Part shown: in pieces, positions 11,960-27,148 of the stretch
How positions within the stretch are numbered: the stretch's first letter is position 1
How the letters are laid out: each line of letters begins with the position of its first letter
NCBI GenBank assembly: GCA_951406725.2
Contig: OX597817.1
Coordinates: 114,948,001-115,012,000, forward strand
Reading direction: 5' to 3'
Length of the DNA: 64,000 nucleotides
Source: Octopus vulgaris
Taxonomy: Eukaryota
Notes under the pieces: generated by a model
What the model saw: the letters and a program-made list of their open reading frames with translations, nothing else
Told to the model about the DNA's origin: nothing
The model's database searches: none
Translations under genes and position numbers: made by a program

Positions 11960-13770
11960 AAATAATAATATAGTGTCATGCAGACTGAGGGCTAAAATAT
12001 CCGCATTTGCAGTCAATCTATGCAAAGTACAATCAAGAACTGATCCCACCCGGCCAAAAAAGGAAATGTATTGTCTGCCAGCATAAACTGTTGCTGTAGC
12101 ATGTAGTGGAGAGATTTTTAAGCAGTCAGTTATGACATTCAAGAACTGGAGCAGAAATAGAAAAAAACGAAACATATACAAGAATCAAACAGTTGGTGAT
12201 AGCTGACTCAACAAGAATAATTTTTGTTGATGCTTGTAATAGAATAGTGTTGTAAGAAATTAGTAATAACGGTTCATCCCTCCTACGTGACGAGTGGAAT
12301 GTGGAGTCACTATAAACAAGGTGACGTTGGCCGGTATCGAGAGAGTGCGTGTAGATTGTATTGATAGTCATGTCTGTGCTGATATTGTAACTATACTGTG
12401 ATACTAAGCGGACGTTATAACGATCCAACCTTTTGAGGATAATAACACTGTACGACTGGGAGTCGTACAGTGCCAGATAGGAACATTCTATCAACGACTT
12501 CGGAATATAACAATATCTGTCAGAGCGTCAACGGCCGTACAGATACAACAAACAGGCAAAAGACAGATTCAACAAACAGGCAAAAGACAGATTCAACAAA
12601 CAGGCAAAAGACAGATTCAACAAACAGGCAAAATATTTTTGTCTAACTAATTTTGTGCAATTGCAGTGATCTCATCTGAAATTGCTAAGGTTTTTCTCGT
12701 AGGTGGTAGGAGTGTTCACTCTGATGAACTTTGCCTTGCACACAGTCCTTAATGCGACAATGCCACCTTAAGCAATATTGACTAATGATGTGAAAGTATG
12801 AAATGAGCACACAGTACCTCACAGACATGCATTTGAGGCTTTCAATCGTACCTTTCAAGATCTCTGAGGATTTATGAATTTGTCGTCCTGGAGAGTAAAA
12901 ATGACTTTGTACAGGATATTAATGTCATAAACATTCAACAAATACCTAGCTCAGTCCGGATGATACAACTCAATTCACATGGAAGTCGATGTTAACGATG
13001 CTGTTAATCACCCAACAAAGTTCCTTAATTCTCTTCAGTCCACTGCTGTCAGACCTAATCTTCTGCAAGTGAAAGTAGATGCACGCATTGCTATGATATT
13101 TCGATGTCCCAAATCTCTGTAGTGATACAAGATTTTCTATTAAAATCTTTATGTCTCAGGTGATCGAATTTGCTAATATGAATGGTTGCATCAAGGAAGA
13201 TATCCCACGCATTCACATTACCTAATGTGCTATGACATTACAATTCAGGCGCGTTCAGTTTTCATTGATACTGTTTTTTTTTACCTGTTGTTATCAATGT
13301 CTCAAGGACAGCCACTAAAGGTTGTCGGAGTTGGACTCACAACATCATATTTCCTTCTTAATCAGCTCCATGTTGTATGCTCCCGTATTAGGCCAAAGAA
13401 ATATTTTTTCACCACAACACCAAACCGTAAAACGAAATGTTTAGCACAAAAGTTATCGTTCAATGAACCACATTTATATAAGAAGTAAAAATTGCTTCTA
13501 CTTTATGCATTATATATATCAGTTTATAATTGCAAGAAAAATATGAAGTTAGTATTTTCTTAGGCCACAGAATTAAATATCAATAAACACAGTTTCAAAG
13601 ATTTCACAGAAACTTGGCAATATTCAACTGGAGATATGCATCTGCATTACAACAAATGTATAAACAAATATAACTATCAACTAAAGAACTATATAAAACT
13701 TGCTATAAATTATAGTCATTTAATAAACAAATACTTCTTTTTGATATCCGAGCAACGCCGGGGAATTCTG

Positions 13771-13775
<5 letters not shown>
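11960..13775 (+). mobile_element. Helitron remnant (PIF1-like RepHel helicase pseudogene plus 3' end)
   Basis: Broken peptides AIAVISSEIAKVFLVGGRSVHS, HRHAFEAFNRTFQD, AVNHPTKFLNSL, QFRRVQF, SQGQPLKVVGVGL..LHVVCSRI match Helitron helicase motifs in order; ends cgagcaacgccggggaattctgttagt (CTAG-like terminus); 5' boundary uncertain. Confidence 0.8.
12540..12633. repeat. 24-bp tandem repeat (caacaaacaggcaaaagacagatt), about 3.7 copies
   Basis: Directly visible; no spacers. Confidence 0.9.
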
Positions 13776-13813
<38 letters not shown>

Positions 13814-15086
13814 ACATTTAAATACTTAAATACGTATGTATATGTGAATGTATGTAAAATATGTGAATGTATGTAAAATATATACATGCATTTGAATATA
13901 TACATATATATATATATATATGCACACACACATATGTGTGCGTATATATACATATTCATAAATATTTATTTGCGCATATATGTGTATGTATCTTTATGTA
14001 TATGACTTCAACTCTTTTTCTCCCGATCTGTAGTTGCTTTTCCAATGAATTTACTCCATATGCCCTTCAGACGTATTTTTCTCTTTTGATGTATATCATA
14101 TATTATATTTTTCCTGCTATTGTGTCTTTTATTAAATCTGAACAGTTTTTATTTTATAAATCTGAAATAATGTTGCTGAATTTTTTTCCCTTTTGTTTAT
14201 ATATTTTTACAAATCTTTTATTTATCTCTCTTTGTTTAAAATTCTGTTGTTACTGTGCTTGTTTTTTTTTTACTATAAAAATATTTGAAATATTTTTTTC
14301 TCGCATTTTAAATATTTGTTTGTTTTGTCGAAGCATGCGATTTATTCTCCAAGTAAGTATTCCTTTATTCTTCTTCTTCAAACTAAACTGCGAACATTTC
14401 AAAATAATCTTTTATGCCTAAAGAACAATTCACACACACACACACACACACACAAAGGAAAAACAAAAACAAAAATATCTGATTCTCATTAGCATATGCT
14501 TCATTTTTATTCCATTATTTCCTTCAGTTATCTCTTCTCTAAATTCCACTGCTGCTTTTGACATAAGTTGAAATTTTCATAGCACATCACATTTCTCTCA
14601 TAAACATTAGCTAACTACTGGAAAGGTCTGTTCATCCAATATTCTCGAGTGCAACCGCCATCATTATGACAAGAAGCCACACGCAGATTTTCTTCATATA
14701 GACAACTGTTATAGTAGATTAATATACTTCTAGTATACTAGATTAATTTGCTTCTATTATAATACCATTCAGTATCTAGGATGCATTATAGAAATATTAA
14801 TTGACTCCGGTATTGAATTACAACTTTATTTTATTAAGTCCGGAAAGGAGACAAGTGAAGTTCACCTTGGCTGGATTTGAACTCATAAGGTTAAAAGGTG
14901 GCAGTTAAATACAGAATATAGTGCGTTATTTTTTCCAAAAACACTGTAACCTATTCAGCCAATCCGACACCTTTTCTCGTGGTAGAGTAAAGATACTGAC
15001 TGGCCTCGTCAGAAATATTACATTATAACGAGAACAAATGACTTGCATAATGTAAATAGCTAACTATTGCTACAGCAACAACAGCA

Positions 15087-15222
15087 GTGGAGGCGCAGTG
15101 GTTAGGGCACTGTGAGTGTTTATTGAGCAAAAACACCTAAGCTCCACGAAGCTCCGGCAGGGAGGGGTGGTGAACCCAGCTTTACTCTTTCACCACAACT
15201 TTCTCTCACTCTTTCTTCCTAC
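15087..15222 (+). mobile_element. SINE family B copy, internally deleted
   Basis: gtggaggcgca..gtggttagggca..tgtgagtgtttattgagc..aacacctaagctccacg matches 41195 and 31990-32261. Confidence 0.7.
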
Positions 15223-15416
15223 TTCTGCCACAAAGCAGAAGAACCATGGTATAACCCACAATGGTGTGGTAAACTTTCAGACCCTAGTCTAGATTGCGAG
15301 TGGTGGATGGATCTTCAAGTTGCCGCACGCATTCTTAGTAGCTTAGAGTAGGCTCGAATTAGAGATTATTCTTTGTGGCTAATGGCGTGAGTCTTGATTG
15401 GAAGAAGAAAACAAGA

Positions 15417-15488
<72 letters not shown>

Positions 15489-15498
15489 ACTACTACTA
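15417..15498. repeat. (ACT)n-(GCT)n-(ACT)n compound trinucleotide repeat
   Basis: Directly visible. Confidence 0.95.
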
Positions 15499-16629
15499 CC
15501 ACTCATTTAGGTTGTCGTCACCACCACTCACATCTTCCTCGTCGTCATTATCATCACTACGAACGTAGTTGCTCTAGTTGCACATTCATTCATACATATT
15601 TACATACATACATACGTACATACACACACACACATATATGTATACAAATTACACACACACTTCTGAAAATATGGATCTGGACCTGAAATGTCCTTCTCTA
15701 AGAAGGAATTTTTATGGAATACCATGTATACAAATTCCACCTCTCTTTATGCCACCAGTATAGGATAAAGAAAGGCTAATATAACTTGGAAGCTGTTTCA
15801 TTGCAAGCGTTGAGATAAATACTCATAGATCTAGAAGGTAACGCACAACTCGCTCTAACGACTGTTTGTACACCACCTTCCGCTGTCACAGATACACAAA
15901 AACCGACAACAGATTATTGTTAAAATGATACATTTATGTCACATGTAGCTATAAAGATGGTTAATTCGAGTCGAAATTGTCTGAAATTTTTGTGAGTTCT
16001 AGCAAGGTTGAGCAGTATTATATCATTTGCATTAGTTTAAGACTGGCATCAACAGTGGTAAAGTAACAGAATCAGTAAAGCATAAGATAAAACGCCTTGT
16101 ACTGTTTTATATTATTCTGTCTCATTGCATTTTAAGATCAAAGCCCACTAAGGTCGATTTTTGTCTTTCATCTTTCAGGATCGATAAAATAAGTTTCAGT
16201 TTTGTACTGGTGTGTATATTATCGACTTTTCATTCTCTCAAAGCCCGTGCCTTTGTGTGAAATCATTATACCATAGGCATGTTATTATAGGTATAACATG
16301 GATATAATATTTACATTAATCTCCTGTTTATTTCTTTCTCTTGGTCTCCACAATAACCGCTGTTGGTGTTACTTCTTTATTATCACGAATTTTGGTTTTC
16401 TTTTGCTCATTTTCGGTCAGTAAGTTTTTACTTGTGGTACCTATCACGTTTAAACTGCGTTATCAGCGGTATAATGAAAGGAAACCCTCCTGGCCTACCT
16501 CAGAAGAAAAATACTAAACCAATGTACAACACACACTGTCGTTTATAGATTACAAATATGGTCTCTAACAACAGAAATAGAGAGAAAACTGGCAGCGTGT
16601 CAACACAAAAACGAAATTATCAATATCAA

Positions 16630-16975
16630 TGCCCAGCTTGACATGAACATATAAGGAGCGAAAGAGAAATAAATCGGTAAGAGAACAGGTGAAAGTAGAC
16701 GGTATTATTACAACTGTAAAAAAGATAAAACAGATGTGGAGAGAAGGACACAGTAGCGAAAAGCCAGGCCACCGTTGGCCAAAAGCCATCACGAAATGAT
16801 AATTAAGAACGGGAAAGAGAAAACACTGAAGACTACGATAGAAATGGTGTAATGAAATGAAAGATTTGTGCACCATCATCAATAGGCAACATCAAGTGGA
16901 GTGGGAGAGCAAAAAGGTGGGTAATAAAAGTTAAGGGCTTCATGAAGTAGTGGATAGATAACGGCTAAGAACAAC
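16630..16975 (+). mobile_element. RTE-clade LINE 3' remnant (pseudogenised)
   Basis: Translation YKERKRNKSVREQVKVDGIITTVKKIKQMWREGHSSEKPGHRWPKAITK**LRTGKRKH*RLR*KWCNEMK resembles the RTE C-terminal pattern (RN..IR...v.di...ik..kw.wAGH..R....RW...i..W.p...kR..GRp..rW.d). Confidence 0.7.
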
Positions 16976-17259
16976 CGTGGTTATCGAAAATACCAAGAAA
17001 ACTGTGTAAAGCAAAGTTACCTTGATGCCAGTGCTTCGTACTGGTTTCATGATAATCAAGTAAGAGAGACATCTTCTAGTTAGGACTGTAGTCTATCATA
17101 TGTCACGTTCCCAGATGACCTGGTAGCTAATCCGGACAGTCAGGGGTGCTAGAGGAACGTTGAATAAAATGCTACACCCAGGAAGAGAGCAAAAATTACC
17201 TCAGATTCCAATTTAGGACACGTGTGCAAGTAATTACATTTTTTAGCCATCTAACTATT

Positions 17260-17700
17260 TCTCCTTTATGAACGGTTTTCTTTTCTTGATTTCAGTTATT
17301 GGGCTGTAGCCATGTTGCAGCATGCTTTTAAGGGATTTTACTCATGATATTAAGCGCAGTATTCATTTCAATAAACTACTTATGTTGTCGATCTTAGTTT
17401 TTCAAATCTCTACGTTACGCTTTGATATAAAGTAACATTACACTGTTCTACACCTGTAATCGTAAACACAAACTCAGAAACACACACACACGCAAACACA
17501 CGCACAGAAACATTCACAAACACACACACATACACACACGCACGCACGACAGGATCCTGCGCAGTTCGTTTACCATATTTTCAAATGTTGGTCACTCAGA
17601 GGATACATTAGAAGGCGTTTACCCAAGATGACATGCAAAAGATTGAACTCAAGGTCACATGACTGCAAATCAAACTTCGTAATCACACGGCTGTGATGCC
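17260..17700 (-). mobile_element. SINE family A copy, highly degenerate
   Basis: Reverse complement of the tail (ttgatttcagt..ggctgtagccatg) and head (aatcacacggct) recognisable, with internal (CA)n. Confidence 0.45.
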
Positions 17701-18028
17701 TACGCCTTGTAACAAATTATTACTGACACAGTTTCATGAAATGAATGTTTGGACGAGAATAACGATATTGTATATTTGTGCATGTAGTTTTTATCTCTTC
17801 CGTTTATACCTAAAACATATCTTGCGCATCCTTTAACAAGCTATCTCATATTCTGGGACTTTACATGGTTCAGTCAGTTCACTTGACCCACTCCGCAATT
17901 TCCTTCTGCACAACAAGGAATTGGACAAGTCAACGTGGGGTTATCTACGAAGTCGTTTAACTGGCAAGAAATTACGGCAAAATTTCTCTGAAAATGCACT
18001 GGACTGTCTTAAAAAAATGAAATGTACA

Positions 18029-18168
18029 GAGTGGCTGTGTGGTAAGTAGCTTGCTTACGAACCACATGGTTCCGGGTTCAGTCCTACTGCGTGGCACCTT
18101 GGGCAGGTCTCTTCTACTATAGTCTCGGGCCGACCAAAGCCTTGTGAGTGGATTTGGTAGACGGAAAC

Positions 18169-18220
<52 letters not shown>

Positions 18221-18448
18221 ATATATATTTGTGTGTCTGTGTTTGTCCCCACACCAACATCGCTTGACAACCGATGCCGGTGTGTTTACGTCTCCGTAAC
18301 TTAGCGTTTCGGCAAGAGAACCGATAGAATAAGTACTAGGCTTACAAAGAATAAGTCCTGGGGTCGATTTGCTCGACTAAAGGCGGTGCTCCAGCATGGC
18401 CGCAGTCAAATGACTGAAACAAGTAAACGAGTAAAAGAGTAAAAGAGT
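18029..18448 (+). mobile_element. SINE family A (tRNA-like head, CORE-like ccttgggcaag segment, internal microsatellite, gtaaaaga tail)
   Basis: gagtggctgtgtggtaag...ggttccgggttcagtcc (A/B-box like)...ggtgctccagcatggccgcagtcaaatgactgaaacaagtaaa; several close copies in the window. Confidence 0.85.
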
Positions 18449-19049
18449 GTATGTTGAACTATGGAGTTCCTATTATACAAAATAAATAGATAATGACATT
18501 TGAACATTTAACTACTCATCAGGTTTTATTTAGCGCTAAATAACGATAAAGACAGCAATCCGTAGAGAGATGTGATCTCCACAACTGATCTGCTCCTGAC
18601 ATGTTAAAATGAACAGTGAAATAAAGTATGTCTTAAACATTCCTTCCGGTTAGATATTCCTTAGTTTATGTATGTGTTATGTCAGGTCACTCTTAGTACC
18701 ACTGGTAACATTTATTCCACTACAGTCTATCGTATGGTCACAGCGTCGGCGATTGAACCGGCAAACCTACCAAGTCTATCTTCGTAATGTGTGGGTAGGT
18801 AATTTCGTTGGCCATCCTGCAGTATGAAAAATAAAACCTGTCAAAGGACGAATAAACTCAGAAGAGTCAACAGACATCAAAAGAGGTAGGTATGAGGAAA
18901 CCCTAGTCTTTGTTTAGGCATCTCTTCAGGCGAAAGAAATTCCGAAATAACACCTTCCTAAATGTAATCCCGGTGACGTTGCTTTTGCTTGTTTCTGAAC
19001 TACTTGACTTTGTAGGCGAGTGTCTCAGCGGGGTTTTGTAGGTGAGAGT

Positions 19050-19321
19050 ATCTTTTTTTTTTTGGGGGGGGGGGGTGCTTTTAAAGCCTAGCCAGGCTCA
19101 TGGGCCCGGTTTCCCGGTTTCTATGGCGTATGTGTTCCCCAGTTGGACGGTACGCCAGTCCATCGCAACGTTGCTCATTTTTGCCAGCTGGGTGAACTGG
19201 AGCAACGTGAAATGAAGTGTTTTGCTCAAGAACACAACGCATCGCCCGGTCCAGGAATCGAAACCACAATCTTACGATCATAGTGCTGACAACCCTAACA
19301 ACTAAGCCACGCGCCTCACAC
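19050..19321 (-). mobile_element. SINE family B copy with 8-bp TSD
   Basis: tRNA-like head (rc of actaagccacgcgcctcac), gttcttgagcaaaacact domain; TSD gtgagagt at 19042-19049 and 19322-19329. Confidence 0.85.
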
Positions 19322-20299
19322 GTGAGAGTCTTAGGAAGCTGTTATTGACTTTAATTTTCGGTACGAGCATTGTCGGCAGCTATTGTCTTTAACATCTTCA
19401 GCATCTGAGTTTGTCAATAATGGTCATACATGGCTTCTAGTTGACAGCTGCAATGTACGTATGCATGCATGCATGCATGTATGTATGTATGTATGTATGT
19501 ATGTATGTATGTATGTACACACACACACACACACACACACACATTCAGCAGTGTAGTTGATAGAAGATGGCACGTAACTGCGGAGGAGAAGGAAAGTGAC
19601 CCAATGAACTTTTTATGAGAACATTACTTTGACCTTCATTGTACTTACTTATGCCAAACCTATCTAGCAATGATTCTCATTTATTTTTATGATATTCATA
19701 TTCATATATATATATATATGTATGTATCTATGTATAAACAATTTTAACAGTGCAAATATATAAATATACATATAAAGCATAGAACAGCAACAAACCTCTC
19801 ACCAGGCCCTAAAACTCCTTGATATAAATTAGATTTTCAAGTTGAGCTGCATCAGCCTGACGAATATAAATATGCGATAGAAAGAATATAAAGTTATTTC
19901 TTCTTTTCTTCAGTGAAGTGAATTTTTTTCCTTTTAGTTCTTTGTTTTAGGAAACGTGATTCCTTTTATTTCTGTCTTCTCACTTTCCAAATGAATAAAT
20001 TATAGATGTTTTGGATTGTATTTCTCTTTTATGGAAAACACTAACACACAAAATAATGCATACATAAATTAATGTATAACTAGGCAAGTTCCAACATAAA
20101 TAAACATGCGCGCACACGAACGCAAGAATACGCATGCATGCACACATGCATAGACACACAAACACACACACACATACACATATATATAGATATACATACA
20201 TATTCGCATGTATATAAGTATGTATGTATACCCCACTTACACTATATCGCCAAGAGCATTATAGGTGCGAAGCCAATGGCAACTCCCTGACGGGCTATA

Positions 20300-21100
<801 letters not shown>

Positions 21101-21478
21101 ATTGTTCGTGTCAGTGTTAGTGGTCTCTTTGTTGATGCTGTTATCGCAAATAGTATTTCTAATATCGTCACTGCTATAGTTTTTATCACTGTCGTTGATA
21201 TTTTATTACTGTCCAAAGTTATATTATTGCCTTTTGTATCATTACAGTTATTGTATTTATTCGTATATATTTCCCTCGTTCCTCCATATATAAGCAATGC
21301 TAAAGACCTATTTTTCGCAGGATGCTGAGACACACTGGTCATGCTAGCAACACGTATCTAGAGCACCTGGGACGGTGGAATTGTTTAAATATCAATCTTA
21401 AAGAGTAGATTGTCAGGAGTTCGTAGTTAGCGCCTCGTACGGTATACACCGGGATTTTTCCGAATCCAAACTCACGTT

Positions 21479-21587
<109 letters not shown>

Positions 21588-21704
21588 AACACAGATGTAG
21601 ATAAACGCAGTTAGTTGAACCACATTAATTAATGGCCTTGTGATATAGAAGAAAATCTAATATCAGTGCTGAATAGGTTATCTTTTAGATAAAATTCGCG
21701 TTAG

Positions 21705-21878
21705 TACATACATACATACATACATACATGATGGCCGTCCACTCGTGACCGAGGAAGACCATTGCCGACCTTCAGGAACATTGTGCGCTCTAGGACTAAC
21801 TTATATTTTGCATTTGCGGCTCCGTTGGTGGCTAATGAGCCCTGTTCTTGACAAGCATACACGACTGCAAACATTGCA
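21705..21878 (-). mobile_element. 5'-truncated RTE/BovB-type LINE 3' end with (TATG)n tail
   Basis: Minus strand 21878-21801 translates CNVCSRVCLSRTGLISHQRSRKCKI*, matching the C-terminal C2H2-like motif (C..C.R...SR.GL.SH.R) of RTE/BovB ORFs; followed by short 3' UTR and TATG repeats. Confidence 0.8.
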
Positions 21879-21922
21879 TACATACATACATATATACATA
21901 CATACATACATACATACATACA

Positions 21923-21958
<36 letters not shown>

Positions 21959-21962
21959 TATA

Positions 21963-22440
21963 TCAAACTAAAGATCAGTGTAAAAGAAAATATACTAAAC
22001 TATTGAGAAATATGCAGTTACTCTACTCAGATTACAAGGTCAGGTTTATACCTTTAATTATTGGGACACTGGGATGTGTAACACAGTGCCTGAGTGCCAA
22101 TCTTGAGAAATTAGGCTTCTCAAAATCAGAAAGGAGAAAGCTGATTCGAAGACTACAGATCCAAGTCATCACTGGCACTGTAAAACATAAAACTTTCTCG
22201 AAGTTTGTCATTTAATATGTATGCGCATGTCTAGACATGCAGCTATATGCATGAGAATGTATACATAAATAAACCATACATATTAGCACATGCACAAACT
22301 CTAAGTACTGCAAATATATACACATGCATGCAAAAATACTCTGCTGATATTGAAATTCCAGTGAAGGAATCTTGAATCTAGATTTGAAACGGACTCTTTC
22401 TCTATTGACAAGAAACTTTGAAATAAACTGAATAATGACA
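21963..22440 (+). mobile_element. 5'-truncated R4/Dong-type (restriction-like endonuclease) non-LTR element 3' end
   Basis: Peptide KRKYTKLLRNMQLLYSDYKVRFIPLIIGTLGCVTQCLSANLEKLG...IRRLQIQVITGT resembles the RLE C-terminal K..KY..L...P.iiG.LG motif; 3' UTR ends aataaactgaataatgaca next to a CATA tract. Confidence 0.75.
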
Positions 22441-22443
22441 CTC

Positions 22444-22793
22444 GTTGTGAAGGCGCATGGTTAAGTGGTTAGAGCGTCGAGCTGACGATCGTGAGGTTGT
22501 GAGTTCGAATCCCGGACCGGGTTGCGGGTTGTGTCCTTGAGCAAGACACTTTATTTCACGTTGCTCCAGTCCACTGAGCTGTAGAAATGGGTTGCGACGT
22601 CACAGGTGCCAAGCTGTATCGGCCTTTGCTTTTCCTTTGAATAACATCGGTGGCGTGGAGAGGGGAGGCTGGTTTGCATGGGTTACTGCTGGTCTTCCAT
22701 AAACAACTTTGCCCGGACTTGTGCCTGGGTGGGTAACTGTCTAGATGCAATCCCATGGTTAGTCATATCCGAAGGGGGTCTCTCTCTCTCAGC
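22444..22793 (+). mobile_element. SINE family B copy with 10-bp TSD
   Basis: tRNA-like head ggcgcatggttaagtggttagagcg...gagttcgaatccc; TSD aatgacactc at 22434-22443 and 22794-22803. Confidence 0.9.
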
Positions 22794-23286
22794 AATGACA
22801 CTCATGCATACATACATACATAGTACGTACTTGCTTACATATGATTGCTGCATATTCCTTAGGCGAGCATGACCACCACTGACAGAGTGATTTATAACTG
22901 ATAGTTCATATGAATGTGAGATTGACAGTGATTCATGAAGCCTTCGAGAGACTTAGCGTGTTTGCCGCTAAAACTCCTCCACTGAACTTCAAAAGTTAAG
23001 AACACAAGATGTTAAGCATTGAGTAAGATATTCCCTTGCAAGTATTTTAAGTCGAGTGCGGCTTGCACAACACCACAACGATTCTCACTAGCTATACAAA
23101 GGAACCTAGAGACAAGCAAAGTGTAAGATATCCGGCTTGGTATAGCAGTGTGTTTTATATACGAGTTAACCCTGAAGTAGAGAGATTCAATGGCAAAAAC
23201 GCAGTGTCTCCACATTCCCAGTGGGCTTACTGCACCCTCAGACACCAACCCGAGTATTTCTACGTTCCAGCGCATATCTGCCTTGA

Positions 23287-23342
<56 letters not shown>

Positions 23343-24062
23343 CGGTCAGTTGTCCAGAAGTCAGAAAAAAAGGACACCTCAAAAGAAATGTAGAACAGTT
23401 TTAGTCTATGCAGTCGAGCAGTATATCCTTGGTTATGACATGTATTCAGAAAGTCACCTTTGGTTTCACATCTATCATTATTTTTAACATTATAGGTGAC
23501 TCATCAGACCTGCAGGCCGGAAGCACGAAGCCTTTTTACTAAAGAAAGTAAATATATAGTCTTGGTCAGTTTGATGGTGAATAAATACACCCCCCCCCCA
23601 AAAAAAAAATGCAAAGAAAAACCAACAACCCATTCTGAAAGAGACAGTCTTATCCCTCCTTGATTGATTCCAGCTCTATAAGAAATGGGTCAGCTTGTGT
23701 GTGTATGTGTGTGTGCATGTGTGTGGTGTGTGTGTGTGTGTGTGTGGAGTCTCCTGCCGAAGACGACGTATGCGTGTGTTGCTTTTGCTGAACGATCTGC
23801 GTAGGTGACTTGTCTATAGTTATAAAATAAATGTATGTGCTGTACATTAGCTCATTTCCTCCATCGGATTGACGTTTCCTGAACAGGTGCACGGTGTACC
23901 GCACGTCAGGTGGCGAAGGAATTTCAGATGAGCATGAGATGAAGTATTTTGCTTATGAACACAATGCATCTTCCAGTCCTAGAGTTGAAGCCACGATCTT
24001 GCGATCGCGAGTGGCGCTAGTCCATGCATCCTCTTATTTAACACACAAACACACGCACACGA

Positions 24063-24138
<76 letters not shown>

Positions 24139-24899
24139 GCACACACACACTCACACTCTTATATACAAATAGATTTCACTAGTTTCAGCTCGTGGGCTGC
24201 GGCCATGCTGGGGCACCGCCGTAAACTTTGGTACTTTTTCACTAAACCTCCTCTGATAAGTGGGATTTGGTGAATGAGGAGTTTGATATTGCTACACTCA
24301 ACTGCGTTTCTTGCCTCGATGTGGGTTTATATATAAATATATCAGTGATGTCACAAGAAATTAGAAACTTCGAGAGGACGTGAAGTAATTATTTTGGGGA
24401 ACGGTCATTCTCGAAGCAGATCAAGCTATAAATATTAGATTAGAAATATTGGGTTGAAAAAAAAAGAACTTTGGTCCAGTGGTGGAACGTATGCTTTGTT
24501 TACAGTAAATACACATTTGTATTTATGGTTTTATCTTCGAGTTACACCGTTCTCTAAAAGTTTCTTAATTCTTATGATGTCATACAATTATTGCTGGTGA
24601 AAATAAAGTTTCTATATTGAAGTGAGAACTTCGAAGGATTTCTTTTGTGCTGTGGTAGCACATATGTACTATTTACAGAATATGTAAGTTTGTGTCCCAA
24701 AGGCGACCTTCGATCTCTTCCCACCAAATGGGAGTTTTTAACCCGATATTTACTTATTATTTATAGCTTTAACTGCTTCGAGTTTCACTATTTCAAAAAA
24801 TAATTATAGCATGGCCACAGTCATTGGACTGAAACATATAAAAGAATAAAAGAATATTGAATTGTCAGATGCATTCGATCGTTTATTCTAATCCTTATT

Positions 24900-25520
24900 T
24901 TTTTTATTAGTAATTTTAACAAACCAGTCTATAATATATTCTTCATTGTTCAGGGGCTTCTTGATAATGTTCCGCCAACCTGTCAAAGTCTTGACACGAA
25001 GAATTCATCAAGCCAGGCTTACAAGTCCACTTCGTTGTTGCGCAAACTCATCGCAGATCAACCGAAAAAGTAATAACCATAAGTTGCTATATCAGAAAAC
25101 TACAGAGGGTACAGGAGTACTTCCCAACCGAGAACTTGGATGGTATTTTTGGTAGAATTAGCGGCATTGGATCATTGTCGTGTGGGTAAAGCACACCGTG
25201 TAGCCAGTCGGGTCCTTCAGATATTAGCCTTTCCAAGGAGTGAAGGCAACGGGCATCGTTTATGTTCATGTGAGTATTCTATCAGATGCGCCAAATCCCT
25301 TGTAGATTGGCGTGGATTGGTAGAAATGTGAAGAGTCTGTGAGGCCGAATATCTCCACTTTGAAGCACAAAAAAAAAAAAACATTGCAATGCAGTTGTTC
25401 CAGTAATAACACCTTCGTACGCAGCACAAATGCCTCAAGCGGAATTGGTAATTTTGGAACGTTGACTGAAAGAGAAAAAAAAAAAAAAAGCAGGTGTCGC
25501 AAACACTAATTTTTCTACTT
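24900..25520 (-). pseudogene. old mariner transposase remnant
   Basis: Minus-strand peptides YPHDNDP (HDNARPH-like), YPL*FSDIATYGYYFF (HPPYSPDLAPSDYHLF-like) and AWLDEFFVS in the expected order. Confidence 0.55.
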
Positions 25521-25695
25521 GACACTCAGTTCACATATGTCTGAAAGGAGGTAAAAATTTATTCAAATTTCAAAAGCAAGAAATAAATGTTGTCGAGAAA
25601 AATAGAGGTGCAAAATCAATAAAACACTAGGATGAAAATATTTTTCGTGTTAAGCCAAGAAAGAAACGAAAGAATATATCCGACAATCTAATCTA

Positions 25696-25770
<75 letters not shown>

Positions 25771-25796
25771 CATCCATCCAGCCATCCATCCGTCTT

Positions 25797-25827
<31 letters not shown>

Positions 25828-26529
25828 GCATACATACCTACATACATACACACACACACACACACATACACTCACATCATCCATTCAAGATATAGCGTTT
25901 TAAAACAGAAAAATATCTATAATGAAAATTTATTACATAATGTTCATTTCATGAAATTACTGTACAATGTTAATATTTCATGCGGCATCCCTTAGCTTGG
26001 ATAATTGCTTCAATGCACCTGTGAAGAGATGCGTACAAATCCTTGAACATCTTCACAAATATGAGATGTCATTCTCTGTAGCTGAGATCCCACAACTCTT
26101 CGAGATTCCGTGGAATCTTCTGACGAACTCGTCTCTTTAGTTGTGTCCACATTTGCTCGATGGTATTTAAGCTAGGACTCCGAGCTGGCAATCTTTCAAT
26201 GTGGTAACGTCTTCATCTGTCAGACTCTGTTGTGTTGCATGCGATCTATAGCATGGAACTCCATCATGCTGAAAACTCTCATCTTCATCCAAGTCTGGTA
26301 TGAAATTGTCCTTCAGCAACTGGATGTATTTGGAAATTTTAATCAATTTTCTTGAACCATCACTTTTTATGTATCCCCAAAGCATCAGACTCTTACCCTC
26401 AAATTTCACTGTTTTCGTTGCAATTTCGAAGAGTTGTGGGAGCTCAGCCACAGAAAATGGCATCTCAAACTTGTGAAGATGGTGAAAGATTTGTACGCAT
26501 CTCTTCCCAGGAGCATTGAAGCAATTATC

Positions 26530-27148
26530 GTCGTTCCTAATAAGTGAGAATTTGTCAGTAGGTCTCCTGGAATGCGAAACCACACACATTATACAACGAA
26601 AACAGTGAAGTCTGATGTTTTGGGGATACATAAAAAGTGATGGTTCAAGGAAGTTAATCAAAATTGGATTAAAATTGACTCAACAGTGACAAATACATCC
26701 AGTTACTGAAGGGCAATTTGATACCAGACTTGGATGAAGGTGAGATTTTTTAGCACGACGGAGTTCCATTCCACAGATCGCGTACAATACAACACAGACT
26801 GGCTGATGAAGGTGTTACCGTATTCAAAGATTGACCAGCCCAGAGCTCTGATTTAGATATCATCGAGTAAATGTGCACAGAACTAAAGAGAAGAATTTGT
26901 CAGAAGAATCCACGCAATCTTGAAGAGTTGTGGGAGTTCAGCTACAGGGAATGGCATCTTATACCTGTGAAGTTAGTGAAATATTTGTACGCATCTCTTC
27001 CCAGGCACACTCAAACAATTATTCAAGCTAAGGGAAACTTCTTGAAATGAACATTATGTAATAAATTTGCATTATAGATATTCTCCTGTTTTAAAACACT
27101 GTATCTTGAATGGTTAATGTGAGGTGGCCAAAAACCTTTGCACGGCCA
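26530..27148 (+). pseudogene. Tc1 (DD34E) transposase 3' fragment with TIR
   Basis: F*HDGVPFHRSRT...KD*PAQSSDLDIIE*MCTELKRR...LEELW...EWHLIP...LYASLPR...IIQAKG; TIR-like gtggccaaaaacctttgcacggcca at 27124-27148. Confidence 0.8.

Noticed and set aside
12540-12633. 24-bp repeats as a CRISPR-like array
   Set aside because: Head-to-tail with no spacers, in eukaryotic context inside a Helitron remnant.
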